Shown: piece after piece, positions 18,795-28,074 of the stretch
Numbering within the stretch: the stretch's first letter is position 1
How the letters are laid out: each line of letters begins with the position of its first letter
DNA from: a bacterium
Lineage (GTDB): Bacteria; UBA8248
Assembly: GCA_965199855.1 (NCBI GenBank)
Contig: OZ241326.1
Span: 480,001-544,000 of the forward strand
Reading direction: 5' to 3'
DNA length: 64,000 bases
Translations under genes and position numbers: made by a program
The notes under the pieces: model-generated
Told to the model about the DNA's origin: nothing
Database searches by the model: none
What the model saw: only the letters and a program-made list of their open reading frames with translations

Positions 18795-19296
18795 GTGATT
18801 TACGTTTCCCTGCCTGTCGTGCTTTTTGACCACGACGCAATGGAGGAATCTCCATCAGCCTTCGCTTTGAATTCAGAAAATCCGCCGCTTTCTTCGCTAT
18901 GGCATCCAATGCTTCCATGCGGTTTGTCCCCGGCTTTCGGAATCCGCATTCCCAGATTGTCAGGACTCGCCACCCAAGGCTTTGCAACTCCGCCAGGGCC
19001 GCCGAATCGCGCCTCGCGTTTTCTTCGAGTTTTGTTTTCCACCACGCAGAGCGCGTTCCCGGTATCGAAGAAAGATGGCAACCATGATAATGCCAGAAAC
19101 ATCCGTGGATGAATACTACGGAGAGATGCTTCGGAAAAACCATATCAGGCGTTCCCGGCAGGTCTTTCCGATGCAGGCGATAGCGGAACCCCATCGCAAA
19201 GAGTCGCCGCCGTATCTCCAGTTCCACCTTGGTGTTCTTGGCGCGAACCGAAGCCATCATTCGGCTTCTGGTTTTTTTATCAACGGTATCTATCAT
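18775..19296 (-). CDS. vsr: Very short patch repair endonuclease
   Basis: RSRMM..VR..NT..E, GFRYRLH, LPGTPD, FIHGCFWH.H.C, GWRVLTIWEC. Confidence 0.95.
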   Translation of the reverse strand: MIDTVDKKTRSRMMASVRAKNTKVELEIRRRLFAMGFRYRLHRKDLPGTPDMVFPKHLSVVFIHGCFWHYHGCHLSSIPGTRSAWWKTKLEENARRDSAALAELQSLGWRVLTIWECGFRKPGTNRMEALDAIAKKAADFLNSKRRLMEIPPLRRGQKARQAGKRKSHGEKNA

Positions 19297-19387
19297 GGCT
19301 GCGGACTCGACAGGCATTGACGCTCAAGGCTTCATGCCTGAAAGAATGCTCCATCACCTCTCAAAATACCGCTTCGCCCCCGCGTTG

Positions 19388-19936
19388 TCACCCCAACGCC
19401 CCCTCCCGCCAGTCCTTCATCGCCGCGCGGGTGGCGTCGAAGGCGAGCTCGGCGAAGTCGATCTCATGGGGGGCGACGAGCTTGACCTCGGTCGTCTCGG
19501 CGAGGGGGCGGGGGACGCCGGAGGTTACCCGCCCCGCGTAGGCGATGAGGACGGTGGGGTTTCCCTCGAAGGAATACGCCCCCAGAAGCGCGTCCACCGC
19601 CACCTCCACGCCCGCCTCCTCGCGCGCCTCGCGGGCGGCGGCGGCGGAGAGGACCTCGCCCCGGTTCACGAAGCCGCCCGGAAACGTCCACAGCCCCCTG
19701 CCGGGATTGTGGGCGCGCCGCACGAGCACCGCGCGGCCTTCCATCGTGGCGACCACGCCCGCCGCCACCTTGGGGTCGAGAAAATGCACGTGGCCGCAGG
19801 CGGCGTCCGCGCAGCAGAGCTGGCGCGAGCCGTCTCCCTCCGTCCAGGGACGATGGACGAGCGGACTCCCGCATGCCGCGCAGAAGCGAACGCGCCCGCC
19901 CAGGTGGGGATGGGCCTCGGGCGCCTCCGCGCTCAA
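19388..19936 (-). CDS. NUDIX hydrolase with N-terminal zinc ribbon
   Basis: FCAACG...CC...CG and Nudix box PGGFVNRGE...AREAREEAG. Confidence 0.85.
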   Translation of the reverse strand: MSAEAPEAHPHLGGRVRFCAACGSPLVHRPWTEGDGSRQLCCADAACGHVHFLDPKVAAGVVATMEGRAVLVRRAHNPGRGLWTFPGGFVNRGEVLSAAAAREAREEAGVEVAVDALLGAYSFEGNPTVLIAYAGRVTSGVPRPLAETTEVKLVAPHEIDFAELAFDATRAAMKDWREGALG

Positions 19937-20595
19937 CGGAGGAGGCTTTCCGCCCCGGGGCGGCAGAAGGGGTTGGTCGCCCTCTCGCGGCCGATGGTGG
20001 TCTCGGGGCCGTGGCCGGGGTGGACGATGGTCTCGTCCGGCAGGGTGAGGAGCCGCTCTCGGACGCTTCGCAGGAGCGTTTCGGCGTCGCCCATGTGGAG
20101 GTCGGTTCGCCCGACGCTTCCCGCGAAGAGCGCGTCGCCGACGACGGCGTGGCCCGGCTCTCCCCCCTCGCCCGCGCGGTAGAGCGTGACGTTGCCGGGG
20201 GCGTGTCCGTCCGTGAGCCTGATCTCGAAGGCGAGGCTTCCCACCCGGAGCGTCTCGCCGGGGACGAGCCGGCCGTCCACCTCGGGAATCTCCGGTTCGG
20301 GGAACCCGTAGGCGCGCGCGGCGTTCGGCATGTTGCGCAGGTTGAAGAGCTCCGCCTCATGGAGCAGGTAGGGGACGCCGAGCGCCTCCTTCGCCTCGGC
20401 GACGCCCTCGGCGTGATCGAGATGGGCGTGGGTGCCGACGAGCATGACGATGCGCAGCCCGCGCTCGCGCGCGGCGGCGAGGACGCGCCCGACCTCCGCG
20501 CCGGGGTCGACGTAGGCCGCCTCCTTCGTCTCCTCGCAGCCCACGAGGTAGCTGTTCATCTGGAAGGGGCCGACGGGCAGCCGCTCGATGATCAA
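19933..20595 (-). CDS. MBL-fold metallohydrolase (glyoxalase II/YcbL-like)
   Basis: THAHLDH, GHAPG, GDALF, GRTD, HPGHG, NPF. Confidence 0.9.
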   Translation of the reverse strand: MIIERLPVGPFQMNSYLVGCEETKEAAYVDPGAEVGRVLAAARERGLRIVMLVGTHAHLDHAEGVAEAKEALGVPYLLHEAELFNLRNMPNAARAYGFPEPEIPEVDGRLVPGETLRVGSLAFEIRLTDGHAPGNVTLYRAGEGGEPGHAVVGDALFAGSVGRTDLHMGDAETLLRSVRERLLTLPDETIVHPGHGPETTIGRERATNPFCRPGAESLLR

Positions 20596-20622
20596 GAAAG
20601 CGCCCTTTCCGGGAGGATCGCT

Positions 20623-21522
20623 TCAGGAATCGGGCGGGAAGATGAGGATTTCGATGCGGCGGTTCATCCGGCGGCCCTCGCGCGTGTGGTTGTCGCCGAC
20701 GGGGCGGAACTCGCCCATGCCGGCCGCCGACGCCCGGCGCGGGTCGAGGCTGCCCACCTCGACGAGGTAGCGCAGCACGCGGGTGGCGCGCGCGGCGGAG
20801 AGCTCCCAGTTCGTCTCCCAGCGCTCGGCGAGGCGATCCGATATCTGCACGTTGTCGGTGTGCCCCTGCACCTGCACCTCGCGGTTGGCGTAGCGGCGCA
20901 GGAGGCCCGATATCTTGAGGAGCAGGGGCTTGCCCTCCGTGCGGACTCGAGCGCTGCCGGACTTGAAGAGGATGGCGCTCTCGATGCCGATGACCACCCT
21001 GTCCCCCGCGCGGCGCACCCGCGCGGCGCCGCGGCGCCGCTCCCTCGCCAGCTGCGCCTTCATGTCCTTTTCGAGCTGGGTCTGGAAGCGAACCCTGTCC
21101 TCGAAGCGCAGGAGCCTCTTCTGGGCGGCGACGAGGCTCTTCTGAATCCCGCGCGCCCGCGCGCGGGCGGCCTCCAGCGCGCCCCGGAGGCGTCCGGCGC
21201 GGACGGCGCTCTCCTTGCTCTCGGCTTCCCGGGAGGAGGCGCGCGCGCGAAGGTCGGCCAGGTCCGTCTCCTTCTCCTGGCTGTAGCGCCGCGCCATGGT
21301 GAGCGACTCGCCGAGCTCGCGGTTTTCCTGCTCCTTGCCGGCGATGACCTGCCGGAGCTCCTCCTTCTCGCGCTGAAGCGCCTCCGCCTTTCCGAGCGCC
21401 GCGTCGAGTTCGCGCCTGAGGCCCGCGGCCTCGTCCGTTTTCCGCTCGTAGTCCTCGATGCCCACGCAGCCGGCCAGCAGGGAGGCGGCGAGGAGCGCGA
21501 GAGCGCGGCGATGGATGCTCAT
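20623..21522 (-). CDS. OmpA/MotB C-terminal domain lipoprotein with coiled coil
   Basis: Lipobox LAGC, long coiled coil, GHTD, NWELSAARA, NRRIEI. Confidence 0.85.
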   Translation of the reverse strand: MSIHRRALALLAASLLAGCVGIEDYERKTDEAAGLRRELDAALGKAEALQREKEELRQVIAGKEQENRELGESLTMARRYSQEKETDLADLRARASSREAESKESAVRAGRLRGALEAARARARGIQKSLVAAQKRLLRFEDRVRFQTQLEKDMKAQLARERRRGAARVRRAGDRVVIGIESAILFKSGSARVRTEGKPLLLKISGLLRRYANREVQVQGHTDNVQISDRLAERWETNWELSAARATRVLRYLVEVGSLDPRRASAAGMGEFRPVGDNHTREGRRMNRRIEILIFPPDS

Positions 21523-22568
21523 TCGATTTCCCCTCTGGAGAGGAAGCGGACGGCGTCGGCCACGTCCAGCCTGCTGCCCACGATGAAAGGGATGCGCTGG
21601 TGAAGCTTCTCGGGCTGAATCTCCATCACCCGGCGGCGGCCGTCGCTCGCCGCCCCGCCCGCCTGCTCGGCGATGAAGGACATGGGGCTGCACTCGTAGA
21701 GGAGGCGCAGCTTGCCCTCGGGGCTTTTCCTGTCGCCCGGGTAGAGGAAGACGCCGCCCTTGAGGAGGTTCCTGTGGAAGTCCGCCACCAGCGAGCCGAT
21801 GTAGCGCCCCGAGTAGGGGCGGCCCGCGTCCGCGTCCTCCTCCTTGAGGCGCGCGACGTAGCGGGCGGTGGCCGCGTCCCACCTCGAAGCGTTGCCCTCG
21901 TTGATGCTGTAGATCCTCCCCCGCTCGGGAATGCGGATGTCGGGATGGGAGAGGAAGAACTCGCCCACCGAGGGGTCGAGGGTGAAGCCGTCCACCCCGT
22001 TGCCGGTGGTATAGACCAGCATGGTGGAGGAGCCGTAGATGACGTAGCCCGCGCAGACCTGGGAGACGCCGGGCTGGAGGAAGTCCTCGAGCCGCGCGGC
22101 GCCGCCCCGGCTCCTGCGGCGCAGGATGGAGAAGATCGAGCCGATGCTCACGTTCACGTCGATGTTCGAGGAGCCGTCCAGGGGGTCGTAGAGCACCACG
22201 TATTCGCCCCCCTCCACGTATTTGTCGGGGATGGCGTAGACCTCCTCCATCTCCTCGCTCGCCAGGGCGGCCACGGAGCCCGTGTGGTCGAGCGCCTTGC
22301 GCATCACCTCGTTGGCGTATTCGTCGAGCTTCTGAACCTCCTCGCCCTGGACGTTCACCTCGCCCGTCAGCCCCAGGATGTCCGCGAGGCCCGCCTTGTT
22401 CACCTCGGCGTTGATGATCTTGGCGGCGAGGGTGATCTGCGTGACGAGGCGGGTGAAGAGCCCGCGCGCGCCGGGGTGGTTGCGCTCCTCCTCGCGGATG
22501 CGGCGCTCGAGGGTCATCCCCCGGAAGCTGGCCTCGACGGCGGCGTCCTTCGGCATCCTCTCTCGCAT
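21519..22568 (-). CDS. fbp: Fructose-1,6-bisphosphatase class I
   Basis: NVQGEEVQKLD, SEE, DPLDGSSN, RYIGSLVADFHR, KLRLLYE; start at 22568 or 22556. Confidence 0.95.
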   Translation of the reverse strand: MRERMPKDAAVEASFRGMTLERRIREEERNHPGARGLFTRLVTQITLAAKIINAEVNKAGLADILGLTGEVNVQGEEVQKLDEYANEVMRKALDHTGSVAALASEEMEEVYAIPDKYVEGGEYVVLYDPLDGSSNIDVNVSIGSIFSILRRRSRGGAARLEDFLQPGVSQVCAGYVIYGSSTMLVYTTGNGVDGFTLDPSVGEFFLSHPDIRIPERGRIYSINEGNASRWDAATARYVARLKEEDADAGRPYSGRYIGSLVADFHRNLLKGGVFLYPGDRKSPEGKLRLLYECSPMSFIAEQAGGAASDGRRRVMEIQPEKLHQRIPFIVGSRLDVADAVRFLSRGEIE

Positions 22569-22581
22569 CCCTCTCTCGCGG

Positions 22582-23604
22582 CTAGGCGGCCTCCGCCTCC
22601 ATCGCCTCGCTGTAGTCCCCGGTTCGCGCGGCGCCGTTGCATCGGCAGCGGTGGAGGAACAGCCTCTGGGCGAGGGGGACGTTCGCCGCCTCGCCGCCCC
22701 AGCCCCGGAGCGCGGGCGCCTGAAGCGCGCGCCCGTAGGAGAAGCTGAGCTCCCAGGGGTGGGGGCCCGTCGCGTTCATCGCGTTCAGGTGCGCGGTGGC
22801 GAGGGCGTCGCTCTGGCCGCCGGAGAGGAAGCAGATTCCGGGCACGGCGGCGGGCACGCTTCGGGAAAGGGCGCGCACGGTCGCCTCGGCCACCTCTCGG
22901 ACGCCCGCCTGGGCGGGGCACCCCTTTCCGGATATCACCATGTTCGGCTTGAGGATCATGCCCTCGAGCGAGACGCGCTGCCTGTGGAGGGCGTCGAACA
23001 CGCTTTCGAGCGTCTCGCTCGTGGCCTCCTCGCAGACCTCGATGGCGTTGTCCGCGTCCATCAGGACCTCGGGCTCCACGATGGGGACGAGGCCCGCCTC
23101 CTGGGAGAGGGCGGCGTAGCGCGCCAGGGCGTGCGCGTTGGCCTCGATGCAGCGGGCGGAGGGGATGCCCTCGCCGATGGTGATGACGGCGCGCCATTTC
23201 GTGAAGGCCGCGCCCAGCGCGGCGTATTCCGCCAGCCGCTCGCGCAGGCCGTCCAGCCCTTCTGTGACCTTCTCCCCGGGGGCGAAGGCCAGGTCCTTCG
23301 CGCCCTTGTCCACCTTGATTCCGGGGAGGATGCCCCGCCCGGCGAGCAGGGCGGCGAAGTTCGTCCCGTCCGAGGCGCTCTGGCGCAGCGTCTCGTCGAA
23401 GAGGATGACGCCGCTGATGTATTCCTCGATTCCCTCCGTCGTGAGGAGAAGCTCGCGGTAGGCGCGGCGGTTCTCCTCGGTGGATTCGACGCCGATGCCG
23501 TCGAGGCGCTTCTTGATCGTGCCCGAGCTCTCGTCCGCGGCGAGGACGCCTTTGCCCGGCGCAACCATCCGCCGGGCGATTTTCGCCAGATCGTTCGCGC
23601 TCAT
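22582..23604 (-). CDS. Fructose-bisphosphate aldolase class I
   Basis: GVLAADES, GIKVDKG, KWRAV, PIVEPE, LKPNM (Schiff-base Lys), FLSGGQ, FSYGRALQ. Confidence 0.95.
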   Translation of the reverse strand: MSANDLAKIARRMVAPGKGVLAADESSGTIKKRLDGIGVESTEENRRAYRELLLTTEGIEEYISGVILFDETLRQSASDGTNFAALLAGRGILPGIKVDKGAKDLAFAPGEKVTEGLDGLRERLAEYAALGAAFTKWRAVITIGEGIPSARCIEANAHALARYAALSQEAGLVPIVEPEVLMDADNAIEVCEEATSETLESVFDALHRQRVSLEGMILKPNMVISGKGCPAQAGVREVAEATVRALSRSVPAAVPGICFLSGGQSDALATAHLNAMNATGPHPWELSFSYGRALQAPALRGWGGEAANVPLAQRLFLHRCRCNGAARTGDYSEAMEAEAA

Positions 23605-23890
23605 GGTTTCGCTCCCGCAAGGACTGCAGATTGAGGTCAAGATTCACGGGGCGGGCCCCGCTCCGGGGCGTCCCGCTTCGCGCCGCTTCCGGCCGCGGCT
23701 CTCTCCCCGCTCGAGGGGCCCGCCCGCCGCCGCATGGGCGCAAGGAATTTCGGTCGGCAAGAATAGCAGAACCGCGCGCGGGAAGGAAGCCGCCGCGCGG
23801 GTGGAAAACGGATTCCTTTCATGCTCGAATGGGAAATCCCCGCCCGGGCGAGAAGAGGTCTCCGATGCCGCGCTTTTCCGGCGCGCGCCC

Positions 23891-25042
23891 ATGAGCGCGC
23901 CGCAGCCCTCCGCGCCCGCCTGGCGGATGCCCGCCTTCTACTTCCTGCATTTTTTCAGCGTGGGCGTCCTGCTTCCGTTCCTGAACATCTTTTACCATTC
24001 CGTCGGCGTGAGCGGGCTTCAGCTCGGCCTGCTGAACGCGGCCCCGCGCCTCTCGAGCGCGCTCGCGCCCCCTCTGGCGGGCGCGCTGGCGGACAAGTTT
24101 CGCCTGGGGCGGAGCGTGGCCCTCGCGTGCGCGCTCCTGAGCTCGGCCGCCGCGCTGCTGCTGTGGGGGGCGAGCGGCTTCGCCGCGCTGTTCGCGCTCA
24201 TCACGATATTCGCCGCCCTCAAGGCGCCCCTCGTGCCGATAGCCGAGAACCTGTGCCTGCGCGAGATCGAGGAGACGGGGGCGCAATACGGCCGGGTGCG
24301 CCTGTGGGGCTCCCTGGGCTTCATCGCGGCGGCCACCTGCGCGGGGCGCCTGGTCGGGTTCGCCGGCGTCGCCGCCATCTTTCCCCTGGTGGCGGGCGTG
24401 GGGCTTCTGCTCGTTTTCGTCATTTTCCGACTGCCGGAGGAGTCGGGCGGGACGCGCCCCAGGTTCCGGGCGGACCTCGGGCTTCTGCTTCGCAGCAGGG
24501 GACTCGCCGTGTTCCTCGCCGCCGCGACCCTCGCCGCGGTGTCCGCCGGGCCCTTCGGGGTGTATTTCAGCATCCGGCTCAAGCAGCTCGGCATGTCGGC
24601 GGACCTCATCGCCCTGGCCTGGACCGTGGGCGTGGCGAGCGAGATAGGGGTGTTCCTCCTCGCGGGGAGGATGCGCGAGCGCTTCGGCCTCAAGCCGATG
24701 ATCACCGCCGGCCTCCTCGCCGGCGCGCTGAGGTGGGAGCTCGTCGCGCTCACGGCGGAGCCCGCGCTGCTCATCCTCACCCAGCTCCTGCACGGCCTGG
24801 CCTTCGGCGCCTTTCACGCGGGCGCGATTCAATACGTGGACGGCCTGAGCGGCGAGGCGACGAAGAACACGGCGCAGTCCCTCTACAGCGCGGCCATCTG
24901 GGGGGTCGGCTCCACCCTGGGCGCGCTCCTGGCGGGCTGGCTCCTTCCGCACTGGGGCTTCGTGAACCTGCTCCACGCGGGCGCGCTCCTCGCGCTTGCC
25001 GCCGGGCTCGGCTTCGCCGCCTTCGGCGAGCGCGTGGCGTGA
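23891..25042 (+). CDS. MFS transporter (HcaT/nucleoside:H+ symporter-like)
   Basis: Multi-TM; GALADKF, YGRVRLWGSLGF, QLLHGLAFG. Confidence 0.85.
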   Translation: MSAPQPSAPAWRMPAFYFLHFFSVGVLLPFLNIFYHSVGVSGLQLGLLNAAPRLSSALAPPLAGALADKFRLGRSVALACALLSSAAALLLWGASGFAALFALITIFAALKAPLVPIAENLCLREIEETGAQYGRVRLWGSLGFIAAATCAGRLVGFAGVAAIFPLVAGVGLLLVFVIFRLPEESGGTRPRFRADLGLLLRSRGLAVFLAAATLAAVSAGPFGVYFSIRLKQLGMSADLIALAWTVGVASEIGVFLLAGRMRERFGLKPMITAGLLAGALRWELVALTAEPALLILTQLLHGLAFGAFHAGAIQYVDGLSGEATKNTAQSLYSAAIWGVGSTLGALLAGWLLPHWGFVNLLHAGALLALAAGLGFAAFGERVA

Positions 25043-25237
25043 GGCGGAGCCTCTCCGCTTTGCGGGGCGATTCGGGAAAGGCTAGAATGAGGCGCGGATC
25101 TGCACGGCCCCCGCTCCCGCCCGCTCCGGGAGAGGAGCGGACGTTTTCTCGTTGAATCGACACCGGCGGGGAGAGGCGGCTCGCGCGCCGCGCGCGGCCC
25201 TCTCCATCCGCTCGCGTCCGAGAAAGGCGCGCTGACC

Positions 25238-25720
25238 ATGGCTTCGGGCAGGACGCTCTATCTGGCGAGTCCCTACGGGTTTTCCGCACAGCAGCGCGCG
25301 GGGCCCCTGAAGGCGCTCGTGGAGGCGCTCGAGGCGGCCGGCGCCGAGGTGTGGGAGCCGTTCTCCCGCAACAACCAGCCCGAGCGGCTGGCGCGCCCCG
25401 GCTGGGCCTGGCGCGTCGGGCAGGACGACAAGCGCGACGTGCGCGCGGCCGCCGGCTTCTTCGGGGTGGTGAACGGCTGCCCGCCGGACGAGGGGGTGAT
25501 GGTGGAGCTCGGCATGGCCATCGCCTGGGAGAAGCCCGTCTTCCTGTTTCGGGATGATTTTCGCCGCTGCACCGACTGCGAGGGCTATCCCCTGAACCTC
25601 ATGCTGTTCACCGGCCTGCCGGAGCGCGGCTGGGAAGCCTACTTCTACGCCTCTGTCGAGCAGATCGCCGACCCCGACAAGGCGCTCGCGCGCTGGCTGC
25701 GGGGCGAGCCCCTGCCGTGA
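25238..25720 (+). CDS. Nucleoside 2-deoxyribosyltransferase family protein
   Basis: YLASPYGF, D.GVMVELGMA, YPLNLM. Confidence 0.85.
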   Translation: MASGRTLYLASPYGFSAQQRAGPLKALVEALEAAGAEVWEPFSRNNQPERLARPGWAWRVGQDDKRDVRAAAGFFGVVNGCPPDEGVMVELGMAIAWEKPVFLFRDDFRRCTDCEGYPLNLMLFTGLPERGWEAYFYASVEQIADPDKALARWLRGEPLP

Positions 25721-25735
25721 GGGGAGCGCGCCGGG

Positions 25736-26929
25736 CTAGTATTTTCCGATGGCCTCGAAGTCCGGCTCGATGGCCCATTCGCCGGCTGCCGCTTTTGAAA
25801 GTTTGATAAAACCAAATTCTCTCAAGCGGAACAATTCCCTGACGGAAGTTCTTCCGGATACGTTTTTATAGATTTCCCGAATATAGGGAGATACGAGGAA
25901 GGTTCTCACGTCAAGCGCTTTCGAGGGATGATCTGAAAACGGGTCGTCCGGCTCCGTCTCCGAGATGAGAGAATCGAGAAGATTGTATTCCCTCTCGTTA
26001 ATCAGGCGTCTTCGTTCGGATATCTTTTTCCGGCGCGCCTGGGCGAGCATGTTTCGATAGACCACCCGGTTCAGCTTCGCCTTGATGAAGTTGTTGATTC
26101 CCCGGAGCTCCTCCGCGAAGCCTCGCAGACCGAAACCGACGAACGGCGTCAGGTCGAACGGCTGTCTTTCCCTGCATTTTTGGAGCAGCGTCTTGTATTC
26201 GCTCTCGTTTCGATAGAAATAATTCGACAGCCCGTAGAATCCGTGAACGTTGTATCCTCCCTGGAACAGTATGCCCGCCTCCGCGAGACGGGAGGTTCTG
26301 CCGTTGCCGTCCCCGAAGGGATGGAGCGTCACCAGGAAAAAATGCGCCAGCAGCGCCCGGATGGCGGGATGCTCCGCCGCCATCCGATCTGACCTCAGAA
26401 GCCCGATGTATTCGTCCATCAGAGCCGGCAGACGCTCATGCGGCGCGCCCCTGTGGACGCCTCCAAGCAAGGGGCTTCCGACTGTGACGGAAAAGTTTCT
26501 CAGGCTTCCGGGCGCGTTGTTGGTCGTGTCCTCGTTCTCGGTGATCATCTCGTGCATTCGCAGGATATCGGAGAGCGCGAAAGGGGCGCTGTCGGGCTGG
26601 AACCTCTCCTGAACCCATTTTTGCGCGGCCCCGGCGTTTCGTATCTGGATTTGCTCCCGGCTGGGCTTTGCGCCGGGAGGATCCGCGGCCGACTCCTCCT
26701 GAATCTCGATTTGTCTTGAGACCTCGGCTTCCGAGAGGGGGTTTCCCTCTATGGCCGTGGTGCCGTGAACCGCGCGAACGCGGTTCAGCCTGTTCAGCGC
26801 GTCTCGCCAGTCGGGAGGAAGAATGAGGCGGCTCATCGCCGCTTCCCGGGACGCTTCTATGGCGACGATGAGGTTTATGAGTCCCGAATGGTCGTAGCGG
26901 TATTCAAAACGGAATTTCTCCCAATCCAT
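25736..26929 (-). CDS. Fic-domain protein (class II) with a C-terminal wHTH-like region
   Basis: Active motif HPFGDGNGRTSR; inhibitory motif TTAIEGN; lower GC than flanks; RBS GAGGGTG. Confidence 0.9.
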   Translation of the reverse strand: MDWEKFRFEYRYDHSGLINLIVAIEASREAAMSRLILPPDWRDALNRLNRVRAVHGTTAIEGNPLSEAEVSRQIEIQEESAADPPGAKPSREQIQIRNAGAAQKWVQERFQPDSAPFALSDILRMHEMITENEDTTNNAPGSLRNFSVTVGSPLLGGVHRGAPHERLPALMDEYIGLLRSDRMAAEHPAIRALLAHFFLVTLHPFGDGNGRTSRLAEAGILFQGGYNVHGFYGLSNYFYRNESEYKTLLQKCRERQPFDLTPFVGFGLRGFAEELRGINNFIKAKLNRVVYRNMLAQARRKKISERRRLINEREYNLLDSLISETEPDDPFSDHPSKALDVRTFLVSPYIREIYKNVSGRTSVRELFRLREFGFIKLSKAAAGEWAIEPDFEAIGKY

Positions 26930-26931
26930 TT

Positions 26932-27083
26932 TTCACCCTCTTTTTGACACGTTATTTGACATATAATTACGCATTTCCTTTGTCTATCTAACTATATGAA
27001 TATAATTGTTTTGTCAATTTATATCTGAAAAATTCACCCTTTATTTGTCGTTATTTGTCGTATTATTTGGCGCGCTGTTTGAC
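26932..27083. repeat. AT-rich array of eight same-orientation TTTG(A/T/G)C motifs upstream of fic
   Basis: Copies at 26943, 26955, 26979, 27010, 27044, 27054, 27066, 27078; TTATTTGTCG exact tandem at 27041-27060; TTCACCCT at 26932 and 27033. Confidence 0.65.
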
Positions 27084-27221
27084 GAATATCGCCACCGCTC
27101 ACGCGGCGGTTCGGGCGGGCGGTGGCGGCTCCGCCCGCATCGATCCATACTCCGGGCAGGGCGCTTGACCATCCGCTTTCCCGAGGCCGACCTGGCTTGC
27201 GATTGATGCGAGTGATGAAAA

Positions 27222-27956
27222 ATGCCTGATCCCGCCGTTTTTGTGACCGGAACGGGAACCGGCGTCGGCAAGACGGTGGCGGGTTGCGTCATCGCGGCGC
27301 GCTGGGCGGCGCGGGGACGAACCCCCCGTGTGATGAAGCCCGCCGAGTCGGGCTGCGCGGCGGAGGCGGGGCGCCTCATCCCCCGGGACGCCCTGGCGCT
27401 GAGGAGTGCCTCGGGCGACGCGCGGCCGTTGGAGGAGATTTGTCCCTGCAGATACCGCGCGCCTCTCGCGCCCGCCCACGCCGCCGAGCGCGAAGGCGCG
27501 CCGCCGGACATCGCGCGGCTCGCCGCCTCGATTGCGACGCTGAGAAAAGAGGACGGCCCCCTCCTCGTCGAGGGCGCGGGCGGCCTGCTCGCGCCTTTGG
27601 CTCCGGGCGTCTTCATGCTCGATTTGGCGAAGCGCAGCGGTCTTCCCCTGCTCATCGTCGCCCCGCTGGGGCTGGGCGCCATCAACCACACCCTGCTGAC
27701 CGCGCGGGAGGCCAGGAGAGGGGGGCTTGAAATCGCGGGCGTCATCCTCTCCGACGTGGATGGGGAGGCGACGCCCGCCGCCGCGCGAAACCCGGCGGCC
27801 ATCGAGGAGCTTTGCGGGGAGGACGCGCCGCTTCTGGGCGTGATTCCCCACCTGGCGGGAGCGGATGAGACTCTCCCTCGCGCCGCGCCGGGCTCCGCCG
27901 CCGCGGGGCGGCTCCTCGCTCTCGCGCGGAATTTGAGGCTCGACGCGCTCGGGTAG
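27222..27956 (+). CDS. bioD: Dethiobiotin synthase
   Basis: FVTGTGTGVGKT, KPAESG, VEGAGG, LGAINHTLLT. Confidence 0.9.
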   Translation: MPDPAVFVTGTGTGVGKTVAGCVIAARWAARGRTPRVMKPAESGCAAEAGRLIPRDALALRSASGDARPLEEICPCRYRAPLAPAHAAEREGAPPDIARLAASIATLRKEDGPLLVEGAGGLLAPLAPGVFMLDLAKRSGLPLLIVAPLGLGAINHTLLTAREARRGGLEIAGVILSDVDGEATPAAARNPAAIEELCGEDAPLLGVIPHLAGADETLPRAAPGSAAAGRLLALARNLRLDALG

Positions 27957-28074
27957 GGCGTCCGGGATTCGGTTTTTTCGGGCTGATCGCGCCGGCTTTT
28001 CCCGTCTCGCGTGAAGATGCGGCCCCGGAGCTCCTTACAGCGGGCGCGCCGGATGAGTTCGACGCGGCGGCTCC

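Larger units (their letters stand above)
14468..19296 (-). mobile_element. Lower-GC horizontally acquired four-gene island (no integrase or terminal repeats seen)
   Basis: Abrupt drop in GC and change in codon usage between the cupin and NUDIX genes; tightly coupled operon. Confidence 0.6.

Noticed and set aside
20623-21522. Flagellar stator MotB
   Set aside because: Lipoprotein signal instead of the Asp-containing TM helix; no motA or flagellar genes
25238-25720. Nucleoside deoxyribosyltransferase as a defence partner of Fic
   Set aside because: Convergent orientation and host-like GC, so no evidence of a shared unit
27041-27072. Tandem TTATTTGTCG repeats as a CRISPR array or replication origin
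   Set aside because: Units are only 10-12 bp with no spacers, and there are no cas, rep or dnaA genes or clear DnaA boxes
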